39,558 nt of DNA from a virus: positions 1 through 39,558 of the IMG/VR virus record IMGVR_UViG_3300020119_000145; one strand, 5' to 3'. How positions within the stretch are numbered: the stretch's first letter is position 1; each line of letters opens with the position of its first letter. Made by a program: the position numbers and the translations under genes. Below, in pieces: positions 14,691-24,805 of this stretch. The notes under the pieces were generated by a model. That model searched no databases and had not been told where the DNA came from. It saw only the letters and a program-made list of their open reading frames with translations.

Positions 14691-16797
14691 CCCGAAGCAA
14701 GATAAAGATAAACGCATCCAAGAGGCGATGGATTTCTTGCACCTCTGTATCGATGCCGATGGCAGCAACCGATCAGAAGCCCTGCAAGCCTTGAAATTCA
14801 GTAAGCTGGGCGAGCAATGGCCGGCTGAAATACAGAACTCGCGTCAATTGGAATCAAGGCCCTGCCTGACAATTAACAAGGTGGAGGCCTTCTGCAAACA
14901 AGTCACTAACCAACAGCGGCAACAACGTCCTCGCATCAAAGTGCATGCCATCAATGATATTGCGGATGTGAAAATTGCCGACATTATCGCCGGGATTTGT
15001 CGACATATTGAAGTGAACTCCAACGCCGATACAGCTTATGACACCGCATTTGATAGCGCCGTGCATATTGGCTGGGGCTATTGGCGGGTAGTGGCTGATT
15101 TTGTGCGTCCCGACAGCTTCGATCAGGATATTTATATCCAATCGATCGACAACCCGTTTTCAGTCTATTTCGATCCCGCCTCAGTCTTGCCGGATGGGTC
15201 AGATGCAGAACGCTGTTTAATCACTGACATGTTGCCGAAGAAGGCGTTTAAGCGACTCTATCCTAAGGCCGATGATGGGGCTTCATTCCAATTGAATGGT
15301 ATTGGCGATTCGATGGCGGAATGGATCACCAAAGAAGAGATTCGCGTCGCTGAGTTTTTCTACATGGAGCGCAAAAAGGCAACTTTGTGCATGCTCTCGG
15401 ATAAAACCACGGCTTGGAAAGATAAACTCCCAGAACCGGATATCCTAGAAATGAAGGGGATATCCGTTATTGCCGAGCGCGAGTCTTATCGCCAAGTGGT
15501 GAAATGGTGCAAGCTCACGGCGATGGATGTCTTGGAAGAAAGGGAATGGCCCGGTCGCTGGATACCGATTATCCCCACCTATGGCGATGTGGTTGTTATT
15601 GAGGGTAAGCGCAAGAAATACGGGTTAGTCAAGCATGCCAAAGACCCACAAGTGCTCTACAACTTCCAGCGTACTGCCGAGATTGAATCGATTGGCATGG
15701 CACCTAAAGCCAAATGGCTAATGGCCGAAGGTCAGGACGAGGGTTATGAACAGGAATGGATGCAGGCCAATCAGTCGGCTAGACCGGTATTGCATTATAA
15801 GCAAACGGATGTGGGGGACCAGCCTGCGCCGCCTCCTCAGCGTCTACAACCAGAGCCTCCGCCCACTGGATTGATGGAATCGGCCCTGACGGCGTCGAAT
15901 GATCTAACTTCAGTGCTTGGCATTGTTGATCCGGCCATGAGAGTAACGGGCAACGTTTCGGGCAAAGCGCTTAATAGTGAAAAACAGCAATCGGACAATG
16001 CGACCTTCCACTATTACGACAATATGACCCGCTCAATTTGCCACACCGGGAAAATATTGTTAGACCTGATCCCTAAATATTACGACACCGAGCGCGTGAT
16101 TCGGATTATCGGTGAAGATGGCCGGCCCGACATGGTGGCGATTAACCAACGGGACCCCGAGAGTGCCGTAGAGAAGGTGCTCAACGATGTGACCGTGGGC
16201 GAATACGATGTGGTCATGGATATCGGCCCTGGCTACAACTCGAAACGCCTTGAAGCCGTTGATTCGTTTATGGCGCTGCTGGGAACCCCGTTGGGCGAAG
16301 AAGTCGCTAAGGCCGGAGGGGATTTGGCGATCCGGGCGATGGATTTCCCTGGTGCTGAAATCTTGGCAGATCGATTGGCCGCCGCTAACCCATTGACACA
16401 AATTGATGAGCAATCGGATGTGCCACCACAGGCGCAAATGATGATCAAGAATCTGCAAAAACAATTGCAGGATGCTCAGCAAATGTTGCAAGCCGCCGAA
16501 CTGGAAAGGAAGCATAAAGGCTCCATTGTGCAAATGCAGGAAGAGGCCGAGACACAGCGCGAACACATGCGCTTGGCGACCAAGGCCCATGACATTGAGA
16601 TGCGCGATAGCACGAAACTACAAGCTAACCGCGAGGACAATGCCGCCTGGATGCATGACACGCAAATTAAGGCGCATACCGCGTTGTCGGTGGCTGAAAT
16701 CAATGCCATGCGTCAATTATTAAGTGACCGCTTAGGGCGTGAAGCAGCAGAAAAATTGCAGAGCAAGGTTGATGAAGAAGAGGCCGAGATCAATTAA
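14683..16797 (+). CDS. Portal protein, P22-like, with long C-terminal helical barrel
   Basis: 704 aa. EIRVAEFFYMERKKATLCML resembles remembered P22 gp1 IQIAEFYEVVEKKETAFIY. The C-terminus is Gln/Glu-rich coiled coil as in P22 gp1. Gene order fits. Confidence 0.85.
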   Translation: MADPKQDKDKRIQEAMDFLHLCIDADGSNRSEALQALKFSKLGEQWPAEIQNSRQLESRPCLTINKVEAFCKQVTNQQRQQRPRIKVHAINDIADVKIADIIAGICRHIEVNSNADTAYDTAFDSAVHIGWGYWRVVADFVRPDSFDQDIYIQSIDNPFSVYFDPASVLPDGSDAERCLITDMLPKKAFKRLYPKADDGASFQLNGIGDSMAEWITKEEIRVAEFFYMERKKATLCMLSDKTTAWKDKLPEPDILEMKGISVIAERESYRQVVKWCKLTAMDVLEEREWPGRWIPIIPTYGDVVVIEGKRKKYGLVKHAKDPQVLYNFQRTAEIESIGMAPKAKWLMAEGQDEGYEQEWMQANQSARPVLHYKQTDVGDQPAPPPQRLQPEPPPTGLMESALTASNDLTSVLGIVDPAMRVTGNVSGKALNSEKQQSDNATFHYYDNMTRSICHTGKILLDLIPKYYDTERVIRIIGEDGRPDMVAINQRDPESAVEKVLNDVTVGEYDVVMDIGPGYNSKRLEAVDSFMALLGTPLGEEVAKAGGDLAIRAMDFPGAEILADRLAAANPLTQIDEQSDVPPQAQMMIKNLQKQLQDAQQMLQAAELERKHKGSIVQMQEEAETQREHMRLATKAHDIEMRDSTKLQANREDNAAWMHDTQIKAHTALSVAEINAMRQLLSDRLGREAAEKLQSKVDEEEAEIN

Positions 16798-16846
16798 ATC
16801 TATACCCGTACCGGTTCGTTAACCGGGTAAATCCGTGGAGGATTCC

Positions 16847-17695
16847 ATGTCCGAAGTCACTACAGTTACCAGCGAAAATTTAGAACAATTCAATCAGTCC
16901 GGTGGGAAGTTACCAATAGAGCCAGAAGTCATTGAAGGCGAATTGGTTGAAGCGCCAGAGGAAGAAGCGGGCGAAACGACCGATAGCGAAGCGCAGCCCG
17001 ACGAAGCTGAAGAGGTCGAGGAAGAAGAAAAAAAGCCCAAGAAGAAAAACAGCTTCCAAGAGCGCATCAGTGAAGTCACAGCAGAAAAGAATGCCGCCAA
17101 AGAAGAGGCGGCACGGTTACGCCGTGAGCTAGAAGAATACCGCAAACAAAAACCCGCCGAACCAGAGATCCAGACTCCCTCACCCGATGAGCGCCCCAGG
17201 CCAGAGGATTACAAAGAATGGGCCGATTATGTAGAGGCGCTGTCGGATTGGAAGGTGGAGCAGAAGTTTAAGCAGCAGGATGAACAGCGGGCGCAACGGG
17301 AAGTGCAGCAATCCTGGAAGGCCCGAGTTGACGCAGCCAAAACCGAAATGCCCGACTATGACGAAGTGATTCAGAACAGCAATCTGGAGGTCCATAGCAC
17401 GGTGCGCGAAGCGATTCTCGAAAGCGAATTAGGACCGAAGATTGCCTATCACTTGGCGACGCATCCCGATGTTACCGAAAGTCTTAAAAAGCTATCCATT
17501 CCTTCTCAATTGCGTGAATTGGGCAAGATAGAGGCCTCCTTGACAAAACCTATTATTGAAAAGCCCGCTGTCAAAGTCTCGCAAGCGCCGGCGCCGATCA
17601 GCCCGATTAAATCCAGCACCGCCACGGATTTGAACGACGATGACCTGTCATTTGAGGACTTTAAGGCAGCTAGACTTGCAGGCAAGATCAAGTAG
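16847..17695 (+). CDS. Scaffolding protein
   Basis: GGAGGA precedes the ATG at 16847. The protein is strongly acidic, Lys/Glu-rich and helical. It lies between portal and coat. Confidence 0.7.
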   Translation: MSEVTTVTSENLEQFNQSGGKLPIEPEVIEGELVEAPEEEAGETTDSEAQPDEAEEVEEEEKKPKKKNSFQERISEVTAEKNAAKEEAARLRRELEEYRKQKPAEPEIQTPSPDERPRPEDYKEWADYVEALSDWKVEQKFKQQDEQRAQREVQQSWKARVDAAKTEMPDYDEVIQNSNLEVHSTVREAILESELGPKIAYHLATHPDVTESLKKLSIPSQLRELGKIEASLTKPIIEKPAVKVSQAPAPISPIKSSTATDLNDDDLSFEDFKAARLAGKIK

Positions 17696-17860
17696 GTATA
17701 CTCTTTTAATAGCCGGGGACTATGCGCAGGTGGCACCCGGCCCACCATTGGCTATAGCGCACTCGTCAACCTGAGACGTTCACAGGGTCAATTCGTGGCA
17801 TCTCCACGCTAAAGAGATAACGGCAGTATCGTTTTCTTTCCTTTATTGTGGAGTGTCATT

Positions 17861-19138
17861 ATGTCAAACAACCTGTTAACGATTTCGAAAGTGACTAATG
17901 AGGCCTTGATGGTCCTCGAAAACTCGCTGACCTTTACCGCTGAAATCAATCGTGATTACGATGATCAATTCGCGGTGACCGGTGCAAAAATTGGTAATAC
18001 CCTGAACGTGCGTCGTCCGGGCCGCTTTATCGGTACCTCTGGCCCTGCGCTGAACGTTGAAGATTTCAACGAAACCTATGTTCCTGTTGTGCTTGGTGAT
18101 ACTACTAAGTACGGCGATCAGTTCCACGTCGATACCCAGTTCACCACCCAAGATCTGGCCTTATCATTAGGCGACTTTTCGGATCGCGTGGTAAAACCGG
18201 CCGTGGCCGCGATTGCTAACCGTATTGACCGCGTAGGCCTGCAAATGGCCAAAAATACTGTGGCCAATATTGTAGGCACCCCCGGCACCACGCCCACCAG
18301 CTTGAGGACTTACTTGGATGCTGGCGCGTATCTGGATGCCGAAGGCGCACCGCGCGACGGCCGCCGGGCTGTAGTTATTGAACCCTTCACGGCGTCGGCG
18401 ATTGTCGATTCGCTGAAAGGCCTGTTTGTTCCTGATTCTCAATTGTCCGCTCAATACCGTACCGGCTTGATGGGGCGTGATTCGGGCGGCATGAACTGGA
18501 AGATGGATCAGAACGTGGTCTCGCAAACTTTCGGCTCGTGGGCAACCACAGCGGGTACCTTGACAGCCAATACGACGGGCGCGTTCACGGGTTCGATTGC
18601 GACCGGTTGGGCCTCGACCTCTACCATCACGCTGACCAACTCACAAACACTGACCTTGCAACAAGGCGACACCATTCAAATTGCCAACGTCTATGCGGTC
18701 AACCCGCAGAACCGTCAGTCTTATGGCAAGCTGCGCAGCTTTGTTGTAACTCAAGCGGTGACAGGTGCGGCGGGTACGATTTCGGTAATCGTCTCCCCGG
18801 CTATTATCACCGGTGGTCAGTTCCAGAACGTCTCTGTCGCAGCCACTTCGGCCACCGCAACAGTTACTCCGTTGTCGATTGCCGCGACTACCGCGACTGC
18901 TGTAACCAGCCCGCAAAACATTCTGTTCCATAAGAATGCGTTCACGCTGGCTACGGCTGATCTGGAAGTACCGCAGGGTGTCCATTTCGCGGGGCGTGCC
19001 AGCTCGAAAGCGGCAGGTCTGAGCATTCGGATCGTGCGTCAATACACCATCAACAATGACGCAATTCCGGCTCGCTTTGACGTGCTCTTTGGCTTTGCCC
19101 CGTTGTACGCCGAACTTGCATGCCGGATCGCTGGTTAA
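17861..19138 (+). CDS. Major capsid protein, P22 coat (gp5) family
   Basis: The N-terminus LTISKVTNEALMVLENSLTFTAEINRDYDDQFAVTGAKIGNTLNVRRPGRF fits the remembered P22-coat-family pattern. Position fits, and a strong terminator follows. Confidence 0.85.
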   Translation: MSNNLLTISKVTNEALMVLENSLTFTAEINRDYDDQFAVTGAKIGNTLNVRRPGRFIGTSGPALNVEDFNETYVPVVLGDTTKYGDQFHVDTQFTTQDLALSLGDFSDRVVKPAVAAIANRIDRVGLQMAKNTVANIVGTPGTTPTSLRTYLDAGAYLDAEGAPRDGRRAVVIEPFTASAIVDSLKGLFVPDSQLSAQYRTGLMGRDSGGMNWKMDQNVVSQTFGSWATTAGTLTANTTGAFTGSIATGWASTSTITLTNSQTLTLQQGDTIQIANVYAVNPQNRQSYGKLRSFVVTQAVTGAAGTISVIVSPAIITGGQFQNVSVAATSATATVTPLSIAATTATAVTSPQNILFHKNAFTLATADLEVPQGVHFAGRASSKAAGLSIRIVRQYTINNDAIPARFDVLFGFAPLYAELACRIAG

Positions 19139-19147
19139 TCATTTAGC

Positions 19148-19167
19148 GCCCCTTCGTGGGGCCTTTT
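19148..19167 (+). terminator. Intrinsic terminator after the coat gene
   Basis: GCCCC-ttcgt-GGGGC followed by CTTTT. Confidence 0.7.
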
Positions 19168-19184
19168 AATTGTGGAGAATAGCT

Positions 19185-19607
19185 ATGAGTAATCCAGGTC
19201 CGGCAACAGCGGTAACCGTTAACCAACAACCGGTCAACAATAGCCAGGCGCTTGTATTGATTGGCGTCCTGAAAGGTCTGAGTGTGGCTTCGGCAGGCGA
19301 TACGCCGATTCCCTTGGTAGGTCCCATCGGTTCTTTTGTCCCCACCGTGGTTCTGACCACGAATGCCAACGTTACCATGGCCACTGCCACGGTCGGTATT
19401 TATACCGCTCCCGCTGCTGGCGGTACGGCTGTTCTGACCACTGCTGCACTTACTGGCCAAACTACGACAGCGTTTGCCTATGTGCGTGCAGCTACCGCTG
19501 CTGCGGCTAACGTGACTCCCACCAGTAACGTGCTGTATGCCAACGTCGGCACAACTGTCGCCACGGGTACAGTTTATCTGTATTTGTATGGTTATGTGAC
19601 TGGCTGA
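19185..19607 (+). CDS. Small virion-associated protein (possible capsid decoration); N-terminus MSNPGP shared with 20041..21396
   Basis: Track ORF trimmed to the ATG after TGGAGAA. It is Ala/Thr/Val-rich and beta-type, and is flanked by terminators. Confidence 0.5.
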   Translation: MSNPGPATAVTVNQQPVNNSQALVLIGVLKGLSVASAGDTPIPLVGPIGSFVPTVVLTTNANVTMATATVGIYTAPAAGGTAVLTTAALTGQTTTAFAYVRAATAAAANVTPTSNVLYANVGTTVATGTVYLYLYGYVTG

Positions 19608-19613
19608 TGGCTT

Positions 19614-19633
19614 GCCCCTTCGGGGGCCTTTTT
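19614..19633 (+). terminator. Intrinsic terminator
   Basis: GCCCC-ttcg-GGGGC followed by CTTTTT. Confidence 0.75.
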
Positions 19634-19644
19634 GGAGATAGCAT

Positions 19645-19980
19645 ATGACCACCATGAATATCGTGCGCGGCAATATCGCACAAACCAAAGTCTTCGCGAC
19701 CAGCTTAGGACCGACAGCGCCTGCTTCAGTAGCGGCCAATATCACCGCGCCACAAACCTTCACCATTCGCGGTGTAAAACCGGGGGATTATATTAATTGC
19801 CAATGTGCCACCGCGCAGACGGCCGGCATTTCGATTGCTAATGTTCGCGTATCCGCAGTGGATACAATTATTGTCGATTTTAACAATTCGACGGCCGGTG
19901 CATTGGTTCCTGTCGCAGGTCCGTATGGGTTTGTCTGGGGCACACCAGAATCACTACCCCTGGGTACTGATGCAACCTGA
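19645..19980 (+). CDS. Small virion-associated protein (possible decoration or head-fibre component)
   Basis: Track ORF with GGAGA upstream. It is beta-rich, and a terminator follows. Confidence 0.5.
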   Translation: MTTMNIVRGNIAQTKVFATSLGPTAPASVAANITAPQTFTIRGVKPGDYINCQCATAQTAGISIANVRVSAVDTIIVDFNNSTAGALVPVAGPYGFVWGTPESLPLGTDAT

Positions 19981-20003
19981 TAGCGCTGTGAAGCGTAATC
20001 CCT

Positions 20004-20029
20004 AGGGCTGGCTCGCTGGCCCTCTTTTT
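20004..20029 (+). terminator. Intrinsic terminator
   Basis: AGGGCTGG...CTGGCCCT hairpin followed by CTTTTT. Confidence 0.6.
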
Positions 20030-20040
20030 AAAGGTGAGCC

Positions 20041-21396
20041 ATGAGCAACCCAGGCCCCAGTTCTGCCTCCACTGTTAATAATTATCCAATCACTACCGAT
20101 AATTTAACTACTGATTCTTACGTGCAATCTCAGCTCTCGTTGGCATGCTCAACAATTGGCATTCCTGTCATCACTACTAATAATAACTATGAATTAAATG
20201 CAACGATAAATTATATCGACCCTACTGTCCTGGCATCAGCAATCACCGCACCCGCCAGATCAGGCTTTCCCAATATTATCGGCCAGAACAATGCCAAGCC
20301 AACCGGGGCGGGGGCAGCTGGTTGGTCAACTGATACGGGCTATATTGCAGGTGCCGCAGAAGAGGCGGGGATTACCGGCGGCTCTTATGACTGTATTGTC
20401 AATGCAATTGCTGGCGGAGTTGGGAACGGCCATCATTGTTTGATCTATTGGAACAGTAATGGGCATGGCTATATTGCCGGCGGTTCCTATCATCGGTTAA
20501 GTGCTGGCTATGGGTTTATTGGGGCCGGTACCGGTCATTATTTGCATGGCGATTACGGCGTAATTTGTGGCGGTAATGCCAATGAGCTAGCTTCTCCGCG
20601 TGGTTTTATCGGCGGTGGAGATACGATTTCGGTATTAGCTACCGGCTCTGGGAGCACCGTTGTTGCCGGCAACGTGGTTTCAATTGCCAGTGCTTCATCC
20701 TCTTATAATTTCGTTGGTACTGGTGGCACGATCGCGCTGGGCGCCTTCGGCTATCAATATTGCGGAACCGGCAACTCGATTACCCTGGGGGCAGTGGGGG
20801 CGACCAGCCTCAATGGCGATACGATCACCATCAGCGCCAATTCAGATTACACAACCAACATCAATGGCAAAAATAACACCGCTGCTGCTGTAAAAAACGT
20901 ATTGATGCAGGGCCAAGACTTATTGCCCTCGGTCGATGGCTCCTTCGTTCGTGGCTCCGGCAAATTTGCGGCTCAGGGCGATTCCCAAGCATTGGATTGG
21001 AGCTGTCAGGGAACAACGACTGATGCAACAGCCGCTGTTAATCTGCTCATTCCAAACAGTCAAACATCACAAGCCACCTTCGCCGATCAGTCAACAATAT
21101 CTGGTGTTTGCTACATCGAGTATCGCTGCACAACGGCCGGCGCGGATTATGGCAAGTCGGGCATGTTTGAAATTCCGTTCGGTGCCAAAGTGGTGAATGG
21201 GACTATCTCATTGCTCTACGGCGGTAGCGGCTCGGCTGGCAATGTTTCGCGTGTTAACGAAATGTCTGTTGCAGTTGATCCCTATCTCGCTGTTGTCGAT
21301 GCCACGTTGCACTATTTGCAAGTCAAGGTGGAGGGCATTGCTGCACGCAATATTCGGTGGCGCGCAAGATTTGTCGCACAGCAAATAGTTGGATGA
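20041..21396 (+). CDS. Fibre-like protein with Gly-rich beta-helix-type repeats
   Basis: The N-terminus MSNPGPSSASTVNNYPI parallels MSNPGPATAVTVNQQPV at 19185. Repeats such as IAGGSYH..SAGYGFIGAGTGH..GDYGVICGGNAN..GFIGGGD are present. Confidence 0.5.
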   Translation: MSNPGPSSASTVNNYPITTDNLTTDSYVQSQLSLACSTIGIPVITTNNNYELNATINYIDPTVLASAITAPARSGFPNIIGQNNAKPTGAGAAGWSTDTGYIAGAAEEAGITGGSYDCIVNAIAGGVGNGHHCLIYWNSNGHGYIAGGSYHRLSAGYGFIGAGTGHYLHGDYGVICGGNANELASPRGFIGGGDTISVLATGSGSTVVAGNVVSIASASSSYNFVGTGGTIALGAFGYQYCGTGNSITLGAVGATSLNGDTITISANSDYTTNINGKNNTAAAVKNVLMQGQDLLPSVDGSFVRGSGKFAAQGDSQALDWSCQGTTTDATAAVNLLIPNSQTSQATFADQSTISGVCYIEYRCTTAGADYGKSGMFEIPFGAKVVNGTISLLYGGSGSAGNVSRVNEMSVAVDPYLAVVDATLHYLQVKVEGIAARNIRWRARFVAQQIVG

Positions 21397-21399
21397 TTA

Positions 21400-22338
21400 A
21401 TGATGACGCAACCAATCGATATTATTTCAGGTGCACTCCGCTCCATCGGCGCTTTAGAAGCCGGCGAAACCCCGTCGGCCTCCACGGCCAATGACGCGTT
21501 AATCCTCCTCAATGACATGCTGGACCAGTGGTCGAACAGTCCATTGATGATCCATTACACCACCGAAATTATTCATCCGCTCACCGGTAGTCAGTACCAA
21601 TACACAATCGGTCCAGGCGGTCAAATAGGTTCGATATTCGCCGGGTCTATCTCGGCGAATACGTTAACCGTTACCGCAGTGACTTCGGGGGCTATTGCCA
21701 TTGGACAGACCCTTTCGGGCGCTGGGATTACGACGGGGACAAAAATCACCGGATTTACCACCGGGGCGGGCGGGCAGGTGAATAACCTCGGCACCTATAC
21801 CGTTTCGATTGCGCAGACCGTTGCCTCGACATCGATTACCGCCAGCTACCAAAGACCCCTACGAATCAACTCAGCCTTTGTGCGCGTAGCGACATTGGAT
21901 TACCCGGTCTCGGTAATCACTGTGGATCAATACGAAATGATCGGTCTTAAGGTATTGAATGGACCGTGGCCACGCGCGGTGTATTATCAGCCTTCTGAAT
22001 TGTTGGGGAATTTGTTCTATTGGCCCAATCCCTCCTCCGGTGAAATGCATTTATTCTGCGATACCGTCTTAGCTAATTTTTCTAGTATCAGTGATGCCGT
22101 GAATTTGCCGCAAGGCTATAACATGGCCCTGCGCTGGAATCTGGCTGAATTATTGATGCCGGAGTACGGGAAATCCGATCCCGGCCAAGCGCAGATGATC
22201 ATGAAAAATGCAGCGCAAGCCCGAGGAGCCGTGAAGCGCACTAACACGAACCCACAATCGCCGGTCCGCTTCGATAATGTACTGACCACTCGCAGTCGCA
22301 ATGATGCGGCCTGGTATTTAAGTGGTGGGTTTCTCTAA
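21400..22338 (+). CDS. Head-to-tail adaptor, P22 gp4-like (with inserted domain)
   Basis: [37 protein letters not shown] parallels remembered P22 gp4 [39 protein letters not shown]. Gene order fits. Confidence 0.65.
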   Translation: MMTQPIDIISGALRSIGALEAGETPSASTANDALILLNDMLDQWSNSPLMIHYTTEIIHPLTGSQYQYTIGPGGQIGSIFAGSISANTLTVTAVTSGAIAIGQTLSGAGITTGTKITGFTTGAGGQVNNLGTYTVSIAQTVASTSITASYQRPLRINSAFVRVATLDYPVSVITVDQYEMIGLKVLNGPWPRAVYYQPSELLGNLFYWPNPSSGEMHLFCDTVLANFSSISDAVNLPQGYNMALRWNLAELLMPEYGKSDPGQAQMIMKNAAQARGAVKRTNTNPQSPVRFDNVLTTRSRNDAAWYLSGGFL

Positions 22339-23786
22339 TGGATTTTGGATTTTGTGGTGATGCCTACACAGCGCCAAGCATTTATCAGGATGATCAGGAC
22401 CTGATTAATTTCTTTGTGGAAAACGATCCCAGAAAAGAAGGCAAAACCCCAGCAGGCCCAGCTGATCGGGGGGATTTAACCCTCTATCCAACCCCGGGTT
22501 TAGTATCGCGGTGTCAACTCAAATCCGCCGAAGTAAGGGGTCTCTACGTGTTGCCTGGCGGCGCACAAATGGCAGCGGTATCCGGCGACACGGTTTATTT
22601 AATCAATACCTCTTATGCGTCAACCATCATCGGCACGCTCAATACTTCATCAGGGCAAGTTAAAATTACAGGCAACGGCATCGATCTGTATTTTACCGAT
22701 GGCACCTATCGATATGCGTATGTGATTTCTACCGGTGTTTTTTCGGTTAAGACCGATGGCGGATTTACCGGTGGGGAAGTGTGCGACATTATCGATAACT
22801 TCATTGTGTATAACCGACCCGGTACTCAACAATGGGGCGCTACGGATGCGCTTTCGCCCGACAGTCAAGCATTGAGTTTTGCCTCTAAATTCGGCTCTTC
22901 CGACAACCTCGTCTCTTTGATTTGCGATCATCGCGAAGTCTGGTTATTGGGCGAGCAAACCTCCGAGGTGTGGGTGGATGTTGGGGCTTTCCCGTTCCCG
23001 TTCCAGATTATCCCAGGCACTTCCATGCAGCACGGGTGTTCGGCGAAATACTCGGTATCGAGACTGGGTAACTCGTTCGCTTTCATGTCGCAAGATACCC
23101 GAGGCAAGAACATTGCCGTTCAAATGGATGGCTACCAAATGGTCCGCATTTCCACCTCGGCCGTGGAGAATGATTTAGACGATGATTATGTGGCCGATGC
23201 GATAGGGTTTACTTATCAAATCCGTGGCCATGAAATGTACGTCTTAAACTTTCCGACCGCCAATAAAACCTGGGTCTATGATGGCTCTACCCAAATGTGG
23301 CACAAATGGCTGGCATGGGATGCAGTTAACGGGTATTACCGGCATCGAGCGAACTGCCATGCGTTTTTTAACGGCGCGTCCATCGTGGGGGATTATCAAA
23401 ACGGCAAACTCTACTCGTTAGAGCATGCTGTCTACACCGATGATGGATCGACGATTCGTCGCCTTCGGCGCTGCCCGCATTTGCTGAATGATTTCAAGCG
23501 AGTGTTTCATAATACCTTGCAGATTCAATTCCAGCCCGGTGTTGGATTGGATGGTGGGGTCCAGGGAAGCGATCCACAGGCGATGTTGCGCTGGTCCAAT
23601 GACGGTGGTTCCACATGGAGCAATGAACACTGGGTGTCGATTGGGCAAATAGGGCAATACAAAAATCGGGCTATATGGCGGCGACTAGGCCAAGCCAGAG
23701 ATAGGATTTATGAAGTGGTCATCAGTGATCCGGTCAAAGCGGTGATTGTATCGGCCGACCTGGACGCCAGTACGGGGGCGCATTAA
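22338..23786 (+). CDS. Tail hub/tube protein, P22 gp10-like
   Basis: 482 aa against about 470 aa for gp10. The C-terminal WSNDGGSTWSNE...YKNRAIWRRLGQARDRIYEV resembles remembered gp10 TTDGINYGRE...YDKRVLWKRVGRIRRLIGFKL. Confidence 0.65.
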   Translation: MDFGFCGDAYTAPSIYQDDQDLINFFVENDPRKEGKTPAGPADRGDLTLYPTPGLVSRCQLKSAEVRGLYVLPGGAQMAAVSGDTVYLINTSYASTIIGTLNTSSGQVKITGNGIDLYFTDGTYRYAYVISTGVFSVKTDGGFTGGEVCDIIDNFIVYNRPGTQQWGATDALSPDSQALSFASKFGSSDNLVSLICDHREVWLLGEQTSEVWVDVGAFPFPFQIIPGTSMQHGCSAKYSVSRLGNSFAFMSQDTRGKNIAVQMDGYQMVRISTSAVENDLDDDYVADAIGFTYQIRGHEMYVLNFPTANKTWVYDGSTQMWHKWLAWDAVNGYYRHRANCHAFFNGASIVGDYQNGKLYSLEHAVYTDDGSTIRRLRRCPHLLNDFKRVFHNTLQIQFQPGVGLDGGVQGSDPQAMLRWSNDGGSTWSNEHWVSIGQIGQYKNRAIWRRLGQARDRIYEVVISDPVKAVIVSADLDASTGAH

Positions 23787-24775
23787 TGCCGAATATTCCC
23801 AAGATTAAATGGCCGCAATCGCCCTTTGTCGATAAATCGGGAAATGTGGCCCGCGAGTGGCAGCAATGGCTATTAAACCCGCAATTTATTACGTTAAATC
23901 TCGACACGGTGTTAGCGGTTGGCAGTGGCGGGACTGGCATTACCGATCTCCCTAGTGATGGCGAATTATTGATTGGCGGGAATGGGTCTTATTTTCTATC
24001 TACTCTTACCCCCGTTGCTAATAGAACCTCCGTCATTAATGGGGTTGGAAGTATTACGTTTGATATCTCTGCTGCCTACACAGGACAGACCTCCATTACT
24101 ACGCTGGGGACAATCACTACCGGTGCATGGAGCGCTTCGACGATTGCGGCAACCCGTGGCGGTACTGGATTGTCTGGGTATGCGGTAGGGGATTTGGTAT
24201 ATGCAGATTCAACCACCTCATTATCCAAATTGGCCGATGTTGCTATAGGGAGTGCGTTAGTTTCAGGCGGTATTGGGGTTGCGCCTTCCTGGGGAAAAAT
24301 AGGGCTCACCACCCATATCTCAGGGACTCTGGCAGCCGGAAACGGAGGCACTGGACAGTCCGGGTATACGACGGGCGATATTTTATATGCCTCCTCGGCC
24401 TCGGTCTTATCGAAACTAGCCATCGGGTCAGCCAATTATATCTTCGGGGTGAGTGCGGGGGGTACTGGACCTGAGTACAAACAGCTACTGGGGACAGCGA
24501 ATCAGGTCACGATTACACATGCAGCCGGATCGATTACGTATTCACTCCCACAGAGCATTGCTACCACCTCCAATGTCACCTTCGGCTCAGTGACCTCTAC
24601 CGGCGCTTTTGGATGTAATGGTAAGGTGGCCCAAACCGCTTCGGCAGTCAATGCGGCCATTGCTGGTAGTGCTGGTGCTACTTATACCGCGACCGAGCAA
24701 GGATTGATTAACAGCCTCATTGCGCAGATCAATTTACTTCGGACCGCATTAGTCAATAATGGGATAGCGGTATGA
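23786..24775 (+). CDS. Tail needle/fibre protein (gp26 position)
   Basis: Repeated GGTG.SGY..GD.LYA.S...LSKLA units. The C-terminal ...ATYTATEQGLINSLIAQINLLRTALVNNGIAV is a typical fibre C-terminal motif. Confidence 0.55.
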   Translation: MPNIPKIKWPQSPFVDKSGNVAREWQQWLLNPQFITLNLDTVLAVGSGGTGITDLPSDGELLIGGNGSYFLSTLTPVANRTSVINGVGSITFDISAAYTGQTSITTLGTITTGAWSASTIAATRGGTGLSGYAVGDLVYADSTTSLSKLADVAIGSALVSGGIGVAPSWGKIGLTTHISGTLAAGNGGTGQSGYTTGDILYASSASVLSKLAIGSANYIFGVSAGGTGPEYKQLLGTANQVTITHAAGSITYSLPQSIATTSNVTFGSVTSTGAFGCNGKVAQTASAVNAAIAGSAGATYTATEQGLINSLIAQINLLRTALVNNGIAV

Positions 24776-24805
24776 TAGAATCCAAAAAGTACAAGAGCTT
24801 ATAAG

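Noticed and set aside
16060-16590. 176-aa minus-strand ORF inside the portal gene
   Set aside because: It is antisense to a confidently identified portal coding region and has no family resemblance. The same reasoning applies to 31081..31614 (inside the tailspike), 18167..18526 and 18641..19042 (inside the coat gene), 24076..24435, 27225..27587 and other antisense or alternate-frame track ORFs inside long genes.
19143-19766. 207-aa minus-strand ORF
   Set aside because: It is antisense to two well-supported + strand genes and runs through two intrinsic terminators. Its Ser/Arg/Gly/Cys-rich composition is typical of the reverse frame of Ala/Thr-rich genes.
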